A model generated the notes under the pieces. That model saw only the letters and a list, made by a program, of their open reading frames with translations. It ran no database searches and was not told the origin of the DNA. Made by a program: the position numbers and the translations under genes. DNA of 63,758 nucleotides, filler included, from Malassezia furfur (Eukaryota), in assembly GCA_052055015.1 (NCBI GenBank). It is 5 parts of 5 records of this genome, joined end to end, with 100 filler letters (N's around TTAATTAATTAA, not from the genome) between each part and the next. Parts side by side here need not be neighbours in the genome. Positions count along the whole stretch, not along the records: positions 25,624 to 38,274 come from JBQJIT010000330.1; positions 38,375 to 51,021 come from JBQJIT010000331.1; 3 more parts are not named here. The stretch is one strand, 5' to 3'. Positions 33,279 through 43,030 of the stretch are shown in pieces. Position 1 is the stretch's first letter. Each line of letters begins with the position of its first letter.

Positions 33279-35954
33279 ATGCCCGCACGGCCGCTGTTTT
33301 CGGCAACTCGCCAAACCGTCCCCACGCCCGAAGTGCAGTACGAGCCGCACTTTGGCGTAGGGGCGGGTGGAACATTGGACAATCCGTACGACGAAGACGC
33401 CGCCGAGCCGCTCCAGGATCTCCCATCCTATGACGAGTCTACGACAAGCCCCCAATACAACCCGTACGATGCACTCGATTCCGAGCCCACCGCACCGCTG
33501 CATGATGCACAGGCCATGGAGCTGCAACCTGTGCGTGTGCCATGGATCGAGGGAGGCTCCTCACCCTACCTTGTCCCGTACGAAACGCGCTCCAAGGATG
33601 CCATCAGCTCGGCGCATTCCGAAGATGATCCCAACCAGGCATTGTTGGGTCTCTTGAACGAGTACAGCTCCGCCGAGTCACACGCAGACCATGACGATGC
33701 CGAATCGTACGCTTCGTTGCCAGGTGATGTGATGCGCGTGCACTACGGGCGCATTCCCCAGCGCCAGCCGCGCCGCATGCATACAGTGCGCCGCGTGCGG
33801 CTGCAAGAGGGCCACTTGGTGCTAGAGTGTCCCATTGCGCCCAAGCTGCTTGAGCGACTGCCCATCCAGGAGGGGCGCGAGTTTACCCACATGCGGTACA
33901 CCGCCGTAACATGCGACGCCGACGACTTTGTCCGTGAGGGATTTACGCTGCGCCCCGCACTGTACGACCCGCCGCGGCAGACGGAGCTTTGTATTGTGCT
34001 AACCATGTACAACGAGGACGAAAAACTCTTCACGCGTACGATGCACGGCGTAATGCAAAACATTGCGTATCTGTGCAAGCTGAAGAATTCGCGCGTGTGG
34101 GGCCCGGACGGATGGAAACACATCACTGTGTGCATTGTCGCCGATGGCCGGCGCAAGGTAAGCAGCCGCACGTTGAGTGTGCTGGCGACCATGGGTGTGT
34201 ACCAAGAGGGCGTTGCAAAAAACACGGTGCGTGGGCAGCCGGTTGAGATGCACCTGTACGAGTACACCGCGCAGATCTCGGTGGACGGAAGGATGCGGTT
34301 CCGCAGCAAGGAACGCGGCATTGTGCCTGTGCAGATTGTGCTGTGCATCAAGGAGCACAACCGCAAGAAGATCAATTCGCACCGCTGGTGCTTCAATGCG
34401 TTTGGGCCCGTGCTCCAGCCGAACGTGTACCTACTGCTGGACGTGGGCACACGTCCGTGCGCCAAAAGCATCTACCGCCTGTGGAACGCGTTTGAGCGTG
34501 ACCCACAGGTTGGTGGTGCGTGCGGCGAGATTGTGACCATGAAAGGCAAGATGTGGCACAGCCTGGCTAACCCGCTCGTCGCGGCCCAAAACTTTGAGTA
34601 CAAAATGAGCAACGTGCTGGACAAGCCGATGGAGAGTGCGTTCGGCTACATTGCCGTGCTTCCGGGCGCGTTCAGCGCATACCGCTACGAGGCGCTCAAG
34701 AACGACGAGATGGGCAATGGGCCACTGTGCTCCTATTTCAAGGGCGAGAAACTGCACGGCGGCAGCGAAAACACTGACATTTTTACGAGCAACATGTACC
34801 TGGCGGAGGACCGCATTCTGTGCTGGGAGCTGGTCACCAAGCGGAGCAGCGCATGGCTTTTGCGCTTTGTGAAGCGCGCGCGTGCTGAGACGGACGTGCC
34901 CAACACGATTGCCGAGTTCATTGCGCAGCGCCGGCGCTGGCTGAATGGCTCCTTCTTTGCGGCAATCCACTCCATCATCAAGTTTGGCTACATCTACCGC
35001 TCGAACCACTCGGCGATGCGCAAGCTAGTCCTGCACATCGAGATGCTCTACCAGCTCGTCCAGCTGCTCTTTTCCTGGTTCGCCCTGGCCAACTACTACA
35101 TTGCGTTCTGCATCCTGACCAATGCGCTGGCCGACTCGCAGCACTGGGCGCACATCCCCATGGTGATTTGCCAGTACATCTACGTCATCTTCCTGCTGTT
35201 CTGCTACCTGCTGTCCATGGGCAATCGTCCCGCGGGAAACCGGTTCGGCTACCTCGTGAGCATGGTGGTGTTTGCTCTGCTGATGCTCATTATGATGGTG
35301 TCGGTGGGCTACCTGATGTACAGCAGCGTGACACACGCAGTGCAGGACAATCATGGTCATGGTGTGATGAGTGACCCACAGTTTGTGAGTGTTTTTATTG
35401 CCGTGCTCAGCACGTACGGTGTCTGGCTTTTGGCGGGACTGCTCTTCTTGGACCCATGGCACATGGTGACGAGCATTGTGCAGTACATGCTGCTGACGCC
35501 GAGCATGGTCAACATTATCAACATTTACGCTTTCTGCAACACCCACGATGTCTCCTGGGGCACCAAGGGCTCGGATACCGTCAACGACCTGGGCAATGCG
35601 CCGAGCACGGCCCAGGCCGACGCCGTCGACATCGAGATGCCGAGTGAGCCACAGGACATGGACGCCGCGTACGACGATGCATGCCATGTGCTTGCAACGC
35701 GTCCACCCAAGGTGTCGGAGGAGCGCGATCCCGACGTGTACCAGAAAGACTACTATGCGATGGTCCGCACGAATGTCGTGCTGGTCTTTACGCTGACGAA
35801 TGGCGCGCTGGTCGTTGCCATCATCAACCTGCCCCGTTCTGTGCACAGTGTGTACATGGGTTTTCTTTTCTACTCTGTGACCGCCCTCGCTGCTGTGCGG
35901 CTACTGGGTGCGATCGCTTACCTGTGCTCCTCGTTGGTGCGCAGAACAACGTAA
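33279..35954 (+). CDS. Chitin synthase (division 1, class I/II type)
   Basis: TMYNED, KKINSHRW, LLDVGT, QNFEYK, VLPGAFSAYR, LAEDRIL, QRRRW, HDVSWGTKG and C-terminal TM helices. Confidence 0.95.
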   Translation: MPARPLFSATRQTVPTPEVQYEPHFGVGAGGTLDNPYDEDAAEPLQDLPSYDESTTSPQYNPYDALDSEPTAPLHDAQAMELQPVRVPWIEGGSSPYLVPYETRSKDAISSAHSEDDPNQALLGLLNEYSSAESHADHDDAESYASLPGDVMRVHYGRIPQRQPRRMHTVRRVRLQEGHLVLECPIAPKLLERLPIQEGREFTHMRYTAVTCDADDFVREGFTLRPALYDPPRQTELCIVLTMYNEDEKLFTRTMHGVMQNIAYLCKLKNSRVWGPDGWKHITVCIVADGRRKVSSRTLSVLATMGVYQEGVAKNTVRGQPVEMHLYEYTAQISVDGRMRFRSKERGIVPVQIVLCIKEHNRKKINSHRWCFNAFGPVLQPNVYLLLDVGTRPCAKSIYRLWNAFERDPQVGGACGEIVTMKGKMWHSLANPLVAAQNFEYKMSNVLDKPMESAFGYIAVLPGAFSAYRYEALKNDEMGNGPLCSYFKGEKLHGGSENTDIFTSNMYLAEDRILCWELVTKRSSAWLLRFVKRARAETDVPNTIAEFIAQRRRWLNGSFFAAIHSIIKFGYIYRSNHSAMRKLVLHIEMLYQLVQLLFSWFALANYYIAFCILTNALADSQHWAHIPMVICQYIYVIFLLFCYLLSMGNRPAGNRFGYLVSMVVFALLMLIMMVSVGYLMYSSVTHAVQDNHGHGVMSDPQFVSVFIAVLSTYGVWLLAGLLFLDPWHMVTSIVQYMLLTPSMVNIINIYAFCNTHDVSWGTKGSDTVNDLGNAPSTAQADAVDIEMPSEPQDMDAAYDDACHVLATRPPKVSEERDPDVYQKDYYAMVRTNVVLVFTLTNGALVVAIINLPRSVHSVYMGFLFYSVTALAAVRLLGAIAYLCSSLVRRTT

Positions 35955-35974
35955 TGAATGTACATAGTGACGAT

Positions 35975-36313
35975 TCAAATGAGACGGCGTGGCAACTGGT
36001 TCGCGGGCGGCACAGGTGGCAGTGCGTGTGTCTGTGCCGGCACATCGCTCTGCACGACCGTCGCGGGCGCAGCAGTCGCAGCAGGCGCAGCGGGCGTCGC
36101 CGTGCGCGATACCGGGGGCGCGGCAGGCGCCGAGGCGCCCTGGAAGCGCCGCTGCACAAGGTCCCACAGGCGGTTACCAGGTCCGTGGTCGTGGGCGTTG
36201 CGCGGGTCGCGCTCCCACATTGCGTACGCGGCGATGCCGGTCGCAACACCGAACACGGGGTCTGCGATGCTGGGTCAAGCGTGCACGTACCGCCCGATCA
36301 AGTACTGCACCAT
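35975..36313 (-). CDS. NCE101: Non-classical export protein Nce101-like small membrane protein
   Basis: Spliced MVQYLIGRIADPVFGVATGIAAYAMWERDPR. 21-nt intron at 36270-36290. Confidence 0.75.
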
Positions 36314-36377
36314 GGTCGCCGGCTCCCGAGGGCTTACGTGAGCATCGGGCCTCGCGGGGTCTCCTCGAGCATCGACC

Positions 36378-38274
36378 ATGTATCCGATGAACCAGTGGCC
36401 GGGCGGTGCGCCGCCCAACTATGGCGGGTACCAGAACCCACAGTTCACGGGGGGATACATGCAGCCGCAGCTCACGTCGATGAATGGCATGGCGCCCGGA
36501 TATAGCAGCGGCGCCGCGGGCCAGGCCTCCTTTGTCGCACGTCCGCCGGCACCGCCGCCGCCGCCGCCGATGGGCGCGGGGATGCCTTCGCACGCGACGG
36601 GGATGCCGCAGCAGATGACGGGGATGCCGTCGCCGATGACGGGAATGCCCCCGCAGATGACCGGCATGTCGCCGATGTTATCGCAGCCAACCGGCGCACG
36701 TCCGTCGCCCATGATGCATCAGGCTACCAGCATGATGCCGCAAGCGACGGGCATGATGCCGCAGTCTACGGGCATGATGCCACAGATGACGGGCGCTTTC
36801 AACGATCCGCGCATGCGCCTCATGTACACCCAGTTCCTGCCGGCCGCCCAGCCGTACAGCGGTGCGCCGGCACCGAGCAGCATGAACTTCCACCAGGCGA
36901 GCCTGCAGCCCGCCCAGTTCCAGACGACGCTGCAGACCATGACGGCGCAGCCGACAGGTGCGGACGGCACGAAGCCGAAGCCCAAGATCCCCTGGACGCT
37001 CAGCAAGGAGGAGAAGAAGTCGTACGATAACATCTTCCGCGCCTGGGACGCCAAGCGCACGGGCTTCATCTCGGGCGACGTCGCCCGCGAGCTGTTTGGC
37101 CAGAGTGGTCTGGACCGCGAAAAGCTGCTGCAGGTGTGGCACCTTGCCGATACCGAGAACCGCGGCAAGCTGAACCTCGCCGAGTTCCACGTGGCCATGG
37201 CGCTGATCTATCGCGCGCTGAACGGCAACGAGCTGCCCAACGAGCTGCCGCCGGAGCTGGTGCCGACGTCGTCGCGCGACTTGAGCGAGTCGGTCGACTT
37301 CCTCAAGGACCTGCTCAAGCAGGACACAAGCGTGCGCAACGCAACCGCGCTGCAGCTGCCCGAGCCCGGCTCGAACAAGGACAGCAAATACGCCGAGACG
37401 CGCTCCTTCTACCGCAACCCGGTCGAGCGCGAGCCTGTGCGGAAGCAGAGCGATGCCGTGGCGTACAAACACAACGACTCAGACTCGGCGGGGTACCGCA
37501 GCCGCAGCCGGTACCTTGACCGGCGCCAGGTGCGCTACGAGGGCCAAAGCGCGGCCGAGGACCTCGGCGAGATGCGCCGTCAGCTTGAGCGGACGCAGCG
37601 CATGCTGGAAAACACCCAGCTCGACGATGAAGAGGACCATGAGCTCGACCGCGAGATGGAGGACGTGCGGTACCAGATCCGACGGCTCCAGGACGACATC
37701 GAGTACTACAACCGCCGCGAGGGGTCCCATGCCAACGAGCAGCGGCGGAAGGCCGAGCGCACGCTGATGCAGCTCCTCCACGAGCGCCTGCCCTCGCTCG
37801 AAAAGCGGATCGAGCGCCGGCAGGCCTCGGCGCACGAGCGCCGTGTCGAAGAGAGCCGCCAGCGCGACGCACGCAACAACGACCGCTATGGCCACCTCCG
37901 CGACTCGCCCGAGCCGCCGGCCGCGGCGTCGCCCAAGCTGGATGCGGCGCCGGCGTCCAGTGCTGTGCCGCCTCCTCCGCCGGCCACGGCGCCGCCCGCG
38001 ACAACCCCCGCGTCCGCGGTGCCACCCAAGCTCACGGGCGCCGAGCGCGATGCGTGGATCCGCGCCGAGGCGCAGCGCCGCGTCCAGGAGCGTATGCGCC
38101 TGCTAGGCGTAGGCGGCCGCCCAGCCGGCGATGCATCGCCGTCCGTGGACGTCTCGGTAGAAGAGCGTCTCCAGGCCGAAAAGCGCGAGGCCTAGGCGCG
38201 TGCCGCCGAGGCCGATCGCGAGGCGGCGGCGCGCGAAGAGGCCCGTCGCGCACGGATGCGCGAGCAAAAAACGG
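36378..38274 (+). CDS. PAN1: EH-domain endocytic scaffold Pan1-like, 3'-truncated, with an in-frame TAG at 38193-38195
   Basis: QxTG repeats, EH domain IPWTLSKEEKKSYDNIF..WHLADTENRGKLNLAEFHVAM, then coiled coil. The frame stays open after the TAG to the contig end. Confidence 0.82.
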
Positions 38275-38374
38275 NNNNNNNNNNNNNNNNNNNNNNNNNN
38301 NNNNNNNNNNNNNNNNNNTTAATTAATTAANNNNNNNNNNNNNNNNNNNNNNNNNNNNNNNNNNNNNNNNNNNN
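38275..38374. other. Artificial contig spacer
   Basis: N44-TTAATTAATTAA-N44. Confidence 0.98.
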
Positions 38375-38530
38375 TTAGCTCATCGCCTTACGGGGTTTTG
38401 CTCGGAGATTAGTCAATTGCGTTTTTTCCAAGCAGAATTGCAAGGAAACCCAGTGATCAAAGGGGGCCCGTGCATCTTAAAAGGCGCGCGATCGAGAAGA
38501 CGGAACAGCATTCCAACTCGTCTTCAAACA

Positions 38531-39619
38531 ATGACTTCTGACATTCCCACTAGCATGAAGGCCTGGATTGTCCAGGACAAGGGCTTTGCCGACTTGCAAC
38601 CGACCGAAACGCCCAAGGTCGATCCGACGGGCATTCTGGTCAAAGTGCACAACGTGGCCTTGAACCCGACGGATTGGAAGCACCTTGACTTCTTCGGCGC
38701 CAAGGGTTCCACGCTCGGCTCCGACTTTGTGGGCACTGTTATCGAGAAGGGAAAGAACTGCCAGGACGACATTGCAGTTGGTGAGCGCGTCGCCGGCTGG
38801 GTGCACGGTAGTATCCGCGTCGGCACGGGTGCCTTTGCCGAATACCTCACGACCCACCCGGACGCGGTGATCAAGGTTCCTGAAAATGTGAGCAATGAGC
38901 TTGCGGCTGGACTGGGTATCCCTGGCTTTACGGCGTACATGGGTTTGTACCAGAGCAAGCACCTCGGCTTGGAGCCTCCGTCGCCGAATCTGTCCAGCTT
39001 GCCGCCTGTGAACAGCTCTAAGAAGCTGTTGGTGTGGTCAGGTGCAACCTCTGTTGGTCAGTTTGTGATCCAGTTTGCGCGCGCTTCGGGCTACTATGTG
39101 ATTGCGACTGCCTCGCCGAAGAACAACGAGTTTTTGAAGTCGCTGGGTGCCTCTGAGGTGTACGATTACCGCGATGAGCAGACCCCAGAGAAGATTGCCG
39201 AGACCCACCCTGACCTCACGCATGCATTTGACACCTACTCTGAGCATGGCTCGATCGAGGCATGTGGCCGCACCCTGCCCAAGTCTCAGGCTTCCAAGCT
39301 CGTGACAATTTTGCCGATCAGCTCGGATCTGAGCTCAGTGAACAACCAGGTGCGCGCAACTTTCTTCCTTCTGTACTCTGCGGAAGGTGAAGCGTTTGAG
39401 CTCTTCACCAAGTCGTGCAGCAAGAAGGAGGCCCAGGAAGACCGCCAGTATATGGCCTCGTTTGTCAAGAGTGGCGTGTTTACAAACCTGCTGTCGAATG
39501 GCCTAATCAAGCCGGACCGCACGGAGCCGCAGTCGGGCGGTCTTCCTGCGATCCCTTCTGGCCTGGACCGTCTCCGGTACAACAAGGTGTCTGGCGAGAA
39601 GCTGACGTACGCCTTGTGA
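38531..39619 (+). CDS. NADPH-dependent MDR oxidoreductase, enoyl-reductase-like (ToxD/YNL134C type), copy 1
   Basis: VALNPTDWKH, GSDFVGTV, GAFAEY, WSGATSVGQ, ASPKN, VSGEKL. Confidence 0.9.
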   Translation: MTSDIPTSMKAWIVQDKGFADLQPTETPKVDPTGILVKVHNVALNPTDWKHLDFFGAKGSTLGSDFVGTVIEKGKNCQDDIAVGERVAGWVHGSIRVGTGAFAEYLTTHPDAVIKVPENVSNELAAGLGIPGFTAYMGLYQSKHLGLEPPSPNLSSLPPVNSSKKLLVWSGATSVGQFVIQFARASGYYVIATASPKNNEFLKSLGASEVYDYRDEQTPEKIAETHPDLTHAFDTYSEHGSIEACGRTLPKSQASKLVTILPISSDLSSVNNQVRATFFLLYSAEGEAFELFTKSCSKKEAQEDRQYMASFVKSGVFTNLLSNGLIKPDRTEPQSGGLPAIPSGLDRLRYNKVSGEKLTYAL

Positions 39620-39863
39620 GCGGCAGTGTGCCCAATATTTGTTGTCTAAATAGAATCGTTTATGAGAAGTGTCTGAATCATTATGTGTTCGAAGGAGTCG
39701 TGCACAATTTGTATTGTGGTTGCATCTGCAAAAGCATTAATAACATGGCCATAGTGCGCGCTTGTGGGCGTTGCGAATTTCGATTTATTCCATACTGGTC
39801 CGTGCGGGGAAGAAGTCCCGCCTTGTCAGGGAGCCGATTTTCAATCCCTTGACGCAAGCCACC

Positions 39864-40949
39864 ATGAGCGCCAAAGTCCCAGTTCAGATGGATGCCTGGG
39901 TTGTCCAGGACAAAAAACAGGCAACTCTAGTCCGGCTTGACACACCCAAGATCGGCCCCAAGGAGATCCTCGTCAAGGTTCTTAGCGTGGGACTCAGTCC
40001 TGCTGACTGGAAACACCTGGACGTCTTGGGTGTCAAAGGAACGATCCTGGGCTCTGACTTTGTTGGGACGGTTGCCGATAAAGGAGCAGAGTGCGAAAGC
40101 GATCTTAAGCTAGGGGAACGTGTGGCTGGCTGGGTGCATGGTGCGATCCACGATGGAATCGGCGCATTTGCCGAGTATTTAAAGATCTCGCCTGACAGTG
40201 TGATCCGCGTCCCGGACAATGTAAACGATTCTCTGGCCGCAGGGCTGGGCATCACGAGTTTCACCGCGTACATGGCTCTGTACCAAAGCAAGAACCTTGG
40301 ACTGACGCCACCGCCGGCCGATCTCGACCGCCTGCCGCCGATTGACTCCGCAAAGAAGCTGCTGGTGTGGTCCGGTGCGTCATCCGTGGGCCAGTTTCTG
40401 GTACAGCTTGCACGCACATCTGGATGCTATGTGATTACCACGGCATCGCCGCGGCACACCGACTTCCTCAAAGGCTTGGGAGCGTCTGAGGTGTATGACT
40501 ACCGTGACCCAAATGCGCCGGATGTGATTGCCAAGGCACATCCGGACCTGGTTTTGGCGGTTGACGCATACTCAGAGAATGGCTCATCGGCGCTATGTGC
40601 TCGTGCGCTCTCTAAGACGCAGCCGTCGCGGCTGGTCACGCTCCTATACGATGGCGACGTTCGCAAGGTGAATCCTCATGTCCATGCGACCTTTTTCCTG
40701 CTATACACGACAGAAGGCGAGGCGATGGACCTTTTTTCCAAGTCTTGCACCCTCGAGGAGGCCCAGGACGACCGCCGATTCATGGCCGCATTTGCGCGCA
40801 GCGGCATCCTGACTAATCTACTGGCGCGTGGCTTGGTGAAGCCGAACGACGCCGAGGCGGTGCCGGGCGGTCTCCGTGCCGTCGAGGCCGGCGTGGACCG
40901 CGTGCGCCGGGGCGATGTGACTGGCAAAAAACTTACGATTGCACTGTAG
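39864..40949 (+). CDS. NADPH-dependent MDR oxidoreductase, enoyl-reductase-like, copy 2 (tandem paralog)
   Basis: VGLSPADWKH, GSDFVGTV, GAFAEY, WSGASSVGQ. Collinear with copy 1 along its full length. Confidence 0.9.
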   Translation: MSAKVPVQMDAWVVQDKKQATLVRLDTPKIGPKEILVKVLSVGLSPADWKHLDVLGVKGTILGSDFVGTVADKGAECESDLKLGERVAGWVHGAIHDGIGAFAEYLKISPDSVIRVPDNVNDSLAAGLGITSFTAYMALYQSKNLGLTPPPADLDRLPPIDSAKKLLVWSGASSVGQFLVQLARTSGCYVITTASPRHTDFLKGLGASEVYDYRDPNAPDVIAKAHPDLVLAVDAYSENGSSALCARALSKTQPSRLVTLLYDGDVRKVNPHVHATFFLLYTTEGEAMDLFSKSCTLEEAQDDRRFMAAFARSGILTNLLARGLVKPNDAEAVPGGLRAVEAGVDRVRRGDVTGKKLTIAL

Positions 40950-40953
40950 TTTT

Positions 40954-42984
40954 CTACGTCCAGGTAAGGTCGCGGCCCCATAGACTGCGCTTGATAAAGT
41001 CGCCGAGCACGAGAATACGGGTGCGCAACGAAACGAGCTCGGAGAGATAAACACTGCGCCACGCGTACATCACCGCGAGGCCGCCAAAGAATGTGTGGAA
41101 CGGCTCCGGCAGTGGCAGGTCGAATGCGGCAGCGTTGCCGAGGTAGGCGACATTGCCGAGGCTGCGGAACTGGAAGGGCTTGTACACCTCGTCATCGAGG
41201 TCGAACGCATCCGGGTCATTGACGTTCGCCGCGCCGTGCTCCTTGCGGAACTTGGCGAGCGCGTTGAGCTTGCGGCCGAGGTACTTGCCCTCCTGGCTGG
41301 CCACCTGTGCAGTGGGCGGGAAACTGGTCAGCTCCTTAGCCGCGTTGCGCACGAGCTCTGCGAGCTCGTCGGCCTTGATCTTATGGTCGTGGTCTGTGTC
41401 GTACTTTTCAAAGAGCTCCTCAATGTTTGTCATGTGGCGCGTCGCCAGGGGGAACTTGCGGCACAGCTTGTTGACGAAGTCGCCAAACTCATGCACGGTC
41501 AGCGACCCGTCGTGGTCGGCGTCGAAGCGGTCAAAGTTTTTGCGCATGAACCGCTCGAGATCGCGGTCGACCGTCGACGCATCGCCCATGGCATAGATGG
41601 TGCCTTGGGGCGCGCCGAGCACACGGAGGTGCGCATCGACGCGCAAAGCGTGCGGGTTGCCCTGGTCCGGGAGCATGTCGGCGAGCACTTTGGTGAAGTT
41701 GGCCATCGCAATACCCGTCGACCACACCGTGCACCCCGAGGTGAGCTCACGCACCTCCGACTCGCCCGTGAGCTCGTTGCGCACCTTGTACACGACCTTG
41801 TCGGGCGTGACTTCAGACACGTGGGCGTTGGTGATCAGGTCGAGGCTCTCGTTGCGGAAACGGTTCTCGGCGTACTCCGAAATCTTCTCCGAGTAGGTGT
41901 TGAGGATGTGGTTGCGGCTCTGGATCAAGTGCACCTGCGCCATCTGTCGGATCGACGGCGGGAAGTGGCGGTGCACGTCTTCGTTCAGCATGTCGTAGAT
42001 CTCGGCGGCGATTTCCACACCCGTCGGACCACCACCGCACACGACAAACGACAGCAGGCGCTGACGGTCCTCCTTAGACGTCGTGGGCAGCGAGGCCACC
42101 TCCAGGTTCTCAATCAGGCGCTTGCGCAGGTTCTGGGCGTCGCGGATCGTCTTGAGGCGCGCGCAGTTCTCGAGGCCCTTAACACCGCGGTTGTTCGTGA
42201 TACTGCCGGGTGCGACAATCAGCTTGTCGTACGGGAGATAAATCATGTTGCCAGCGTTTGGTTCGCGCGGCGCATCCATGTCGCCATCCCAGCTGGACGA
42301 AATCACCTCGACAGCAACCAGGCCCGCAGGGTTGTTGGTGCAGTCGAGCGTACGCTGGTCGAGATCGTCGGCAAAGCACAGCTTCACGGCAGCACCCTGC
42401 ACAAAGCGGCCACCAATGTACGAGAGCAGCTTGCGCATCGACTCAATCACCGAGCGCACACCGATCGTACCGACGGCCACCGCAGGAAGCAGCGGCGTAA
42501 ACAGGAAGTAGTTGTTCGGGCTCACCACCACGACGTCGTACGCATCGTGGTCCAGCTTGAACAGCATACTCACCGTGGCCCAGCCACCACCGATCACAAC
42601 CAGACGCTCCTTGCGCTTGCTCGGCGGCAGCTCGGACTCGGCCGCGGTCGGCGACAGAATCGCAAGGTTCTCCGGGCCACCGTGCGGCGCCTCGACCAGG
42701 CTCGGCACCATCGTGCTCTTCAAGTCGATGTGGTGGTAGGTCATTGCATCCCAGACCAGCAGGCCACCGAGCACCGTCACCGTCGAGAAGAGGATGGCAC
42801 CGCATGCATACACCGGGTACCGAACCGTGCGCTTACGCCAAAGCCAGCCTCGGACCGAGTTCTGAGGCGGCGTCGACATGAACGACCGGGCCGCCGGAGC
42901 CCCAGTGGCCAGTCTCGGCACACGCACAGGCACCGGGCGCAGCGCCTGTAGCGGCATCGGCGCGATCAATCGCGAACGAAGCAT
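40954..42984 (-). CDS. Type II (alternative, external) mitochondrial NAD(P)H dehydrogenase with EF-hand insertion
   Basis: VVIGGGW, NYFLFTPLL, VVCGGGPTGVE, GDAS, EF-hand loops DADHDGSLTVHE and DTDHDHKIKADE, PPTAQVASQEG, WRSVYL. Presequence-like N-terminus. Confidence 0.93.
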   Translation of the reverse strand: MLRSRLIAPMPLQALRPVPVRVPRLATGAPAARSFMSTPPQNSVRGWLWRKRTVRYPVYACGAILFSTVTVLGGLLVWDAMTYHHIDLKSTMVPSLVEAPHGGPENLAILSPTAAESELPPSKRKERLVVIGGGWATVSMLFKLDHDAYDVVVVSPNNYFLFTPLLPAVAVGTIGVRSVIESMRKLLSYIGGRFVQGAAVKLCFADDLDQRTLDCTNNPAGLVAVEVISSSWDGDMDAPREPNAGNMIYLPYDKLIVAPGSITNNRGVKGLENCARLKTIRDAQNLRKRLIENLEVASLPTTSKEDRQRLLSFVVCGGGPTGVEIAAEIYDMLNEDVHRHFPPSIRQMAQVHLIQSRNHILNTYSEKISEYAENRFRNESLDLITNAHVSEVTPDKVVYKVRNELTGESEVRELTSGCTVWSTGIAMANFTKVLADMLPDQGNPHALRVDAHLRVLGAPQGTIYAMGDASTVDRDLERFMRKNFDRFDADHDGSLTVHEFGDFVNKLCRKFPLATRHMTNIEELFEKYDTDHDHKIKADELAELVRNAAKELTSFPPTAQVASQEGKYLGRKLNALAKFRKEHGAANVNDPDAFDLDDEVYKPFQFRSLGNVAYLGNAAAFDLPLPEPFHTFFGGLAVMYAWRSVYLSELVSLRTRILVLGDFIKRSLWGRDLTWT

Positions 42985-43030
42985 GTTGGACAACGGAAGT
43001 CGGCAGGAGCGGAAAACCTAAATTTATTCT

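Noticed and set aside
36590..36795. Repeated ATGACGGG/GGCATGATGCCG units resembling a repeat array
   Set aside because: These are coding QxTG repeats typical of Pan1-family proteins. No CRISPR-like constant repeat with unique spacers.
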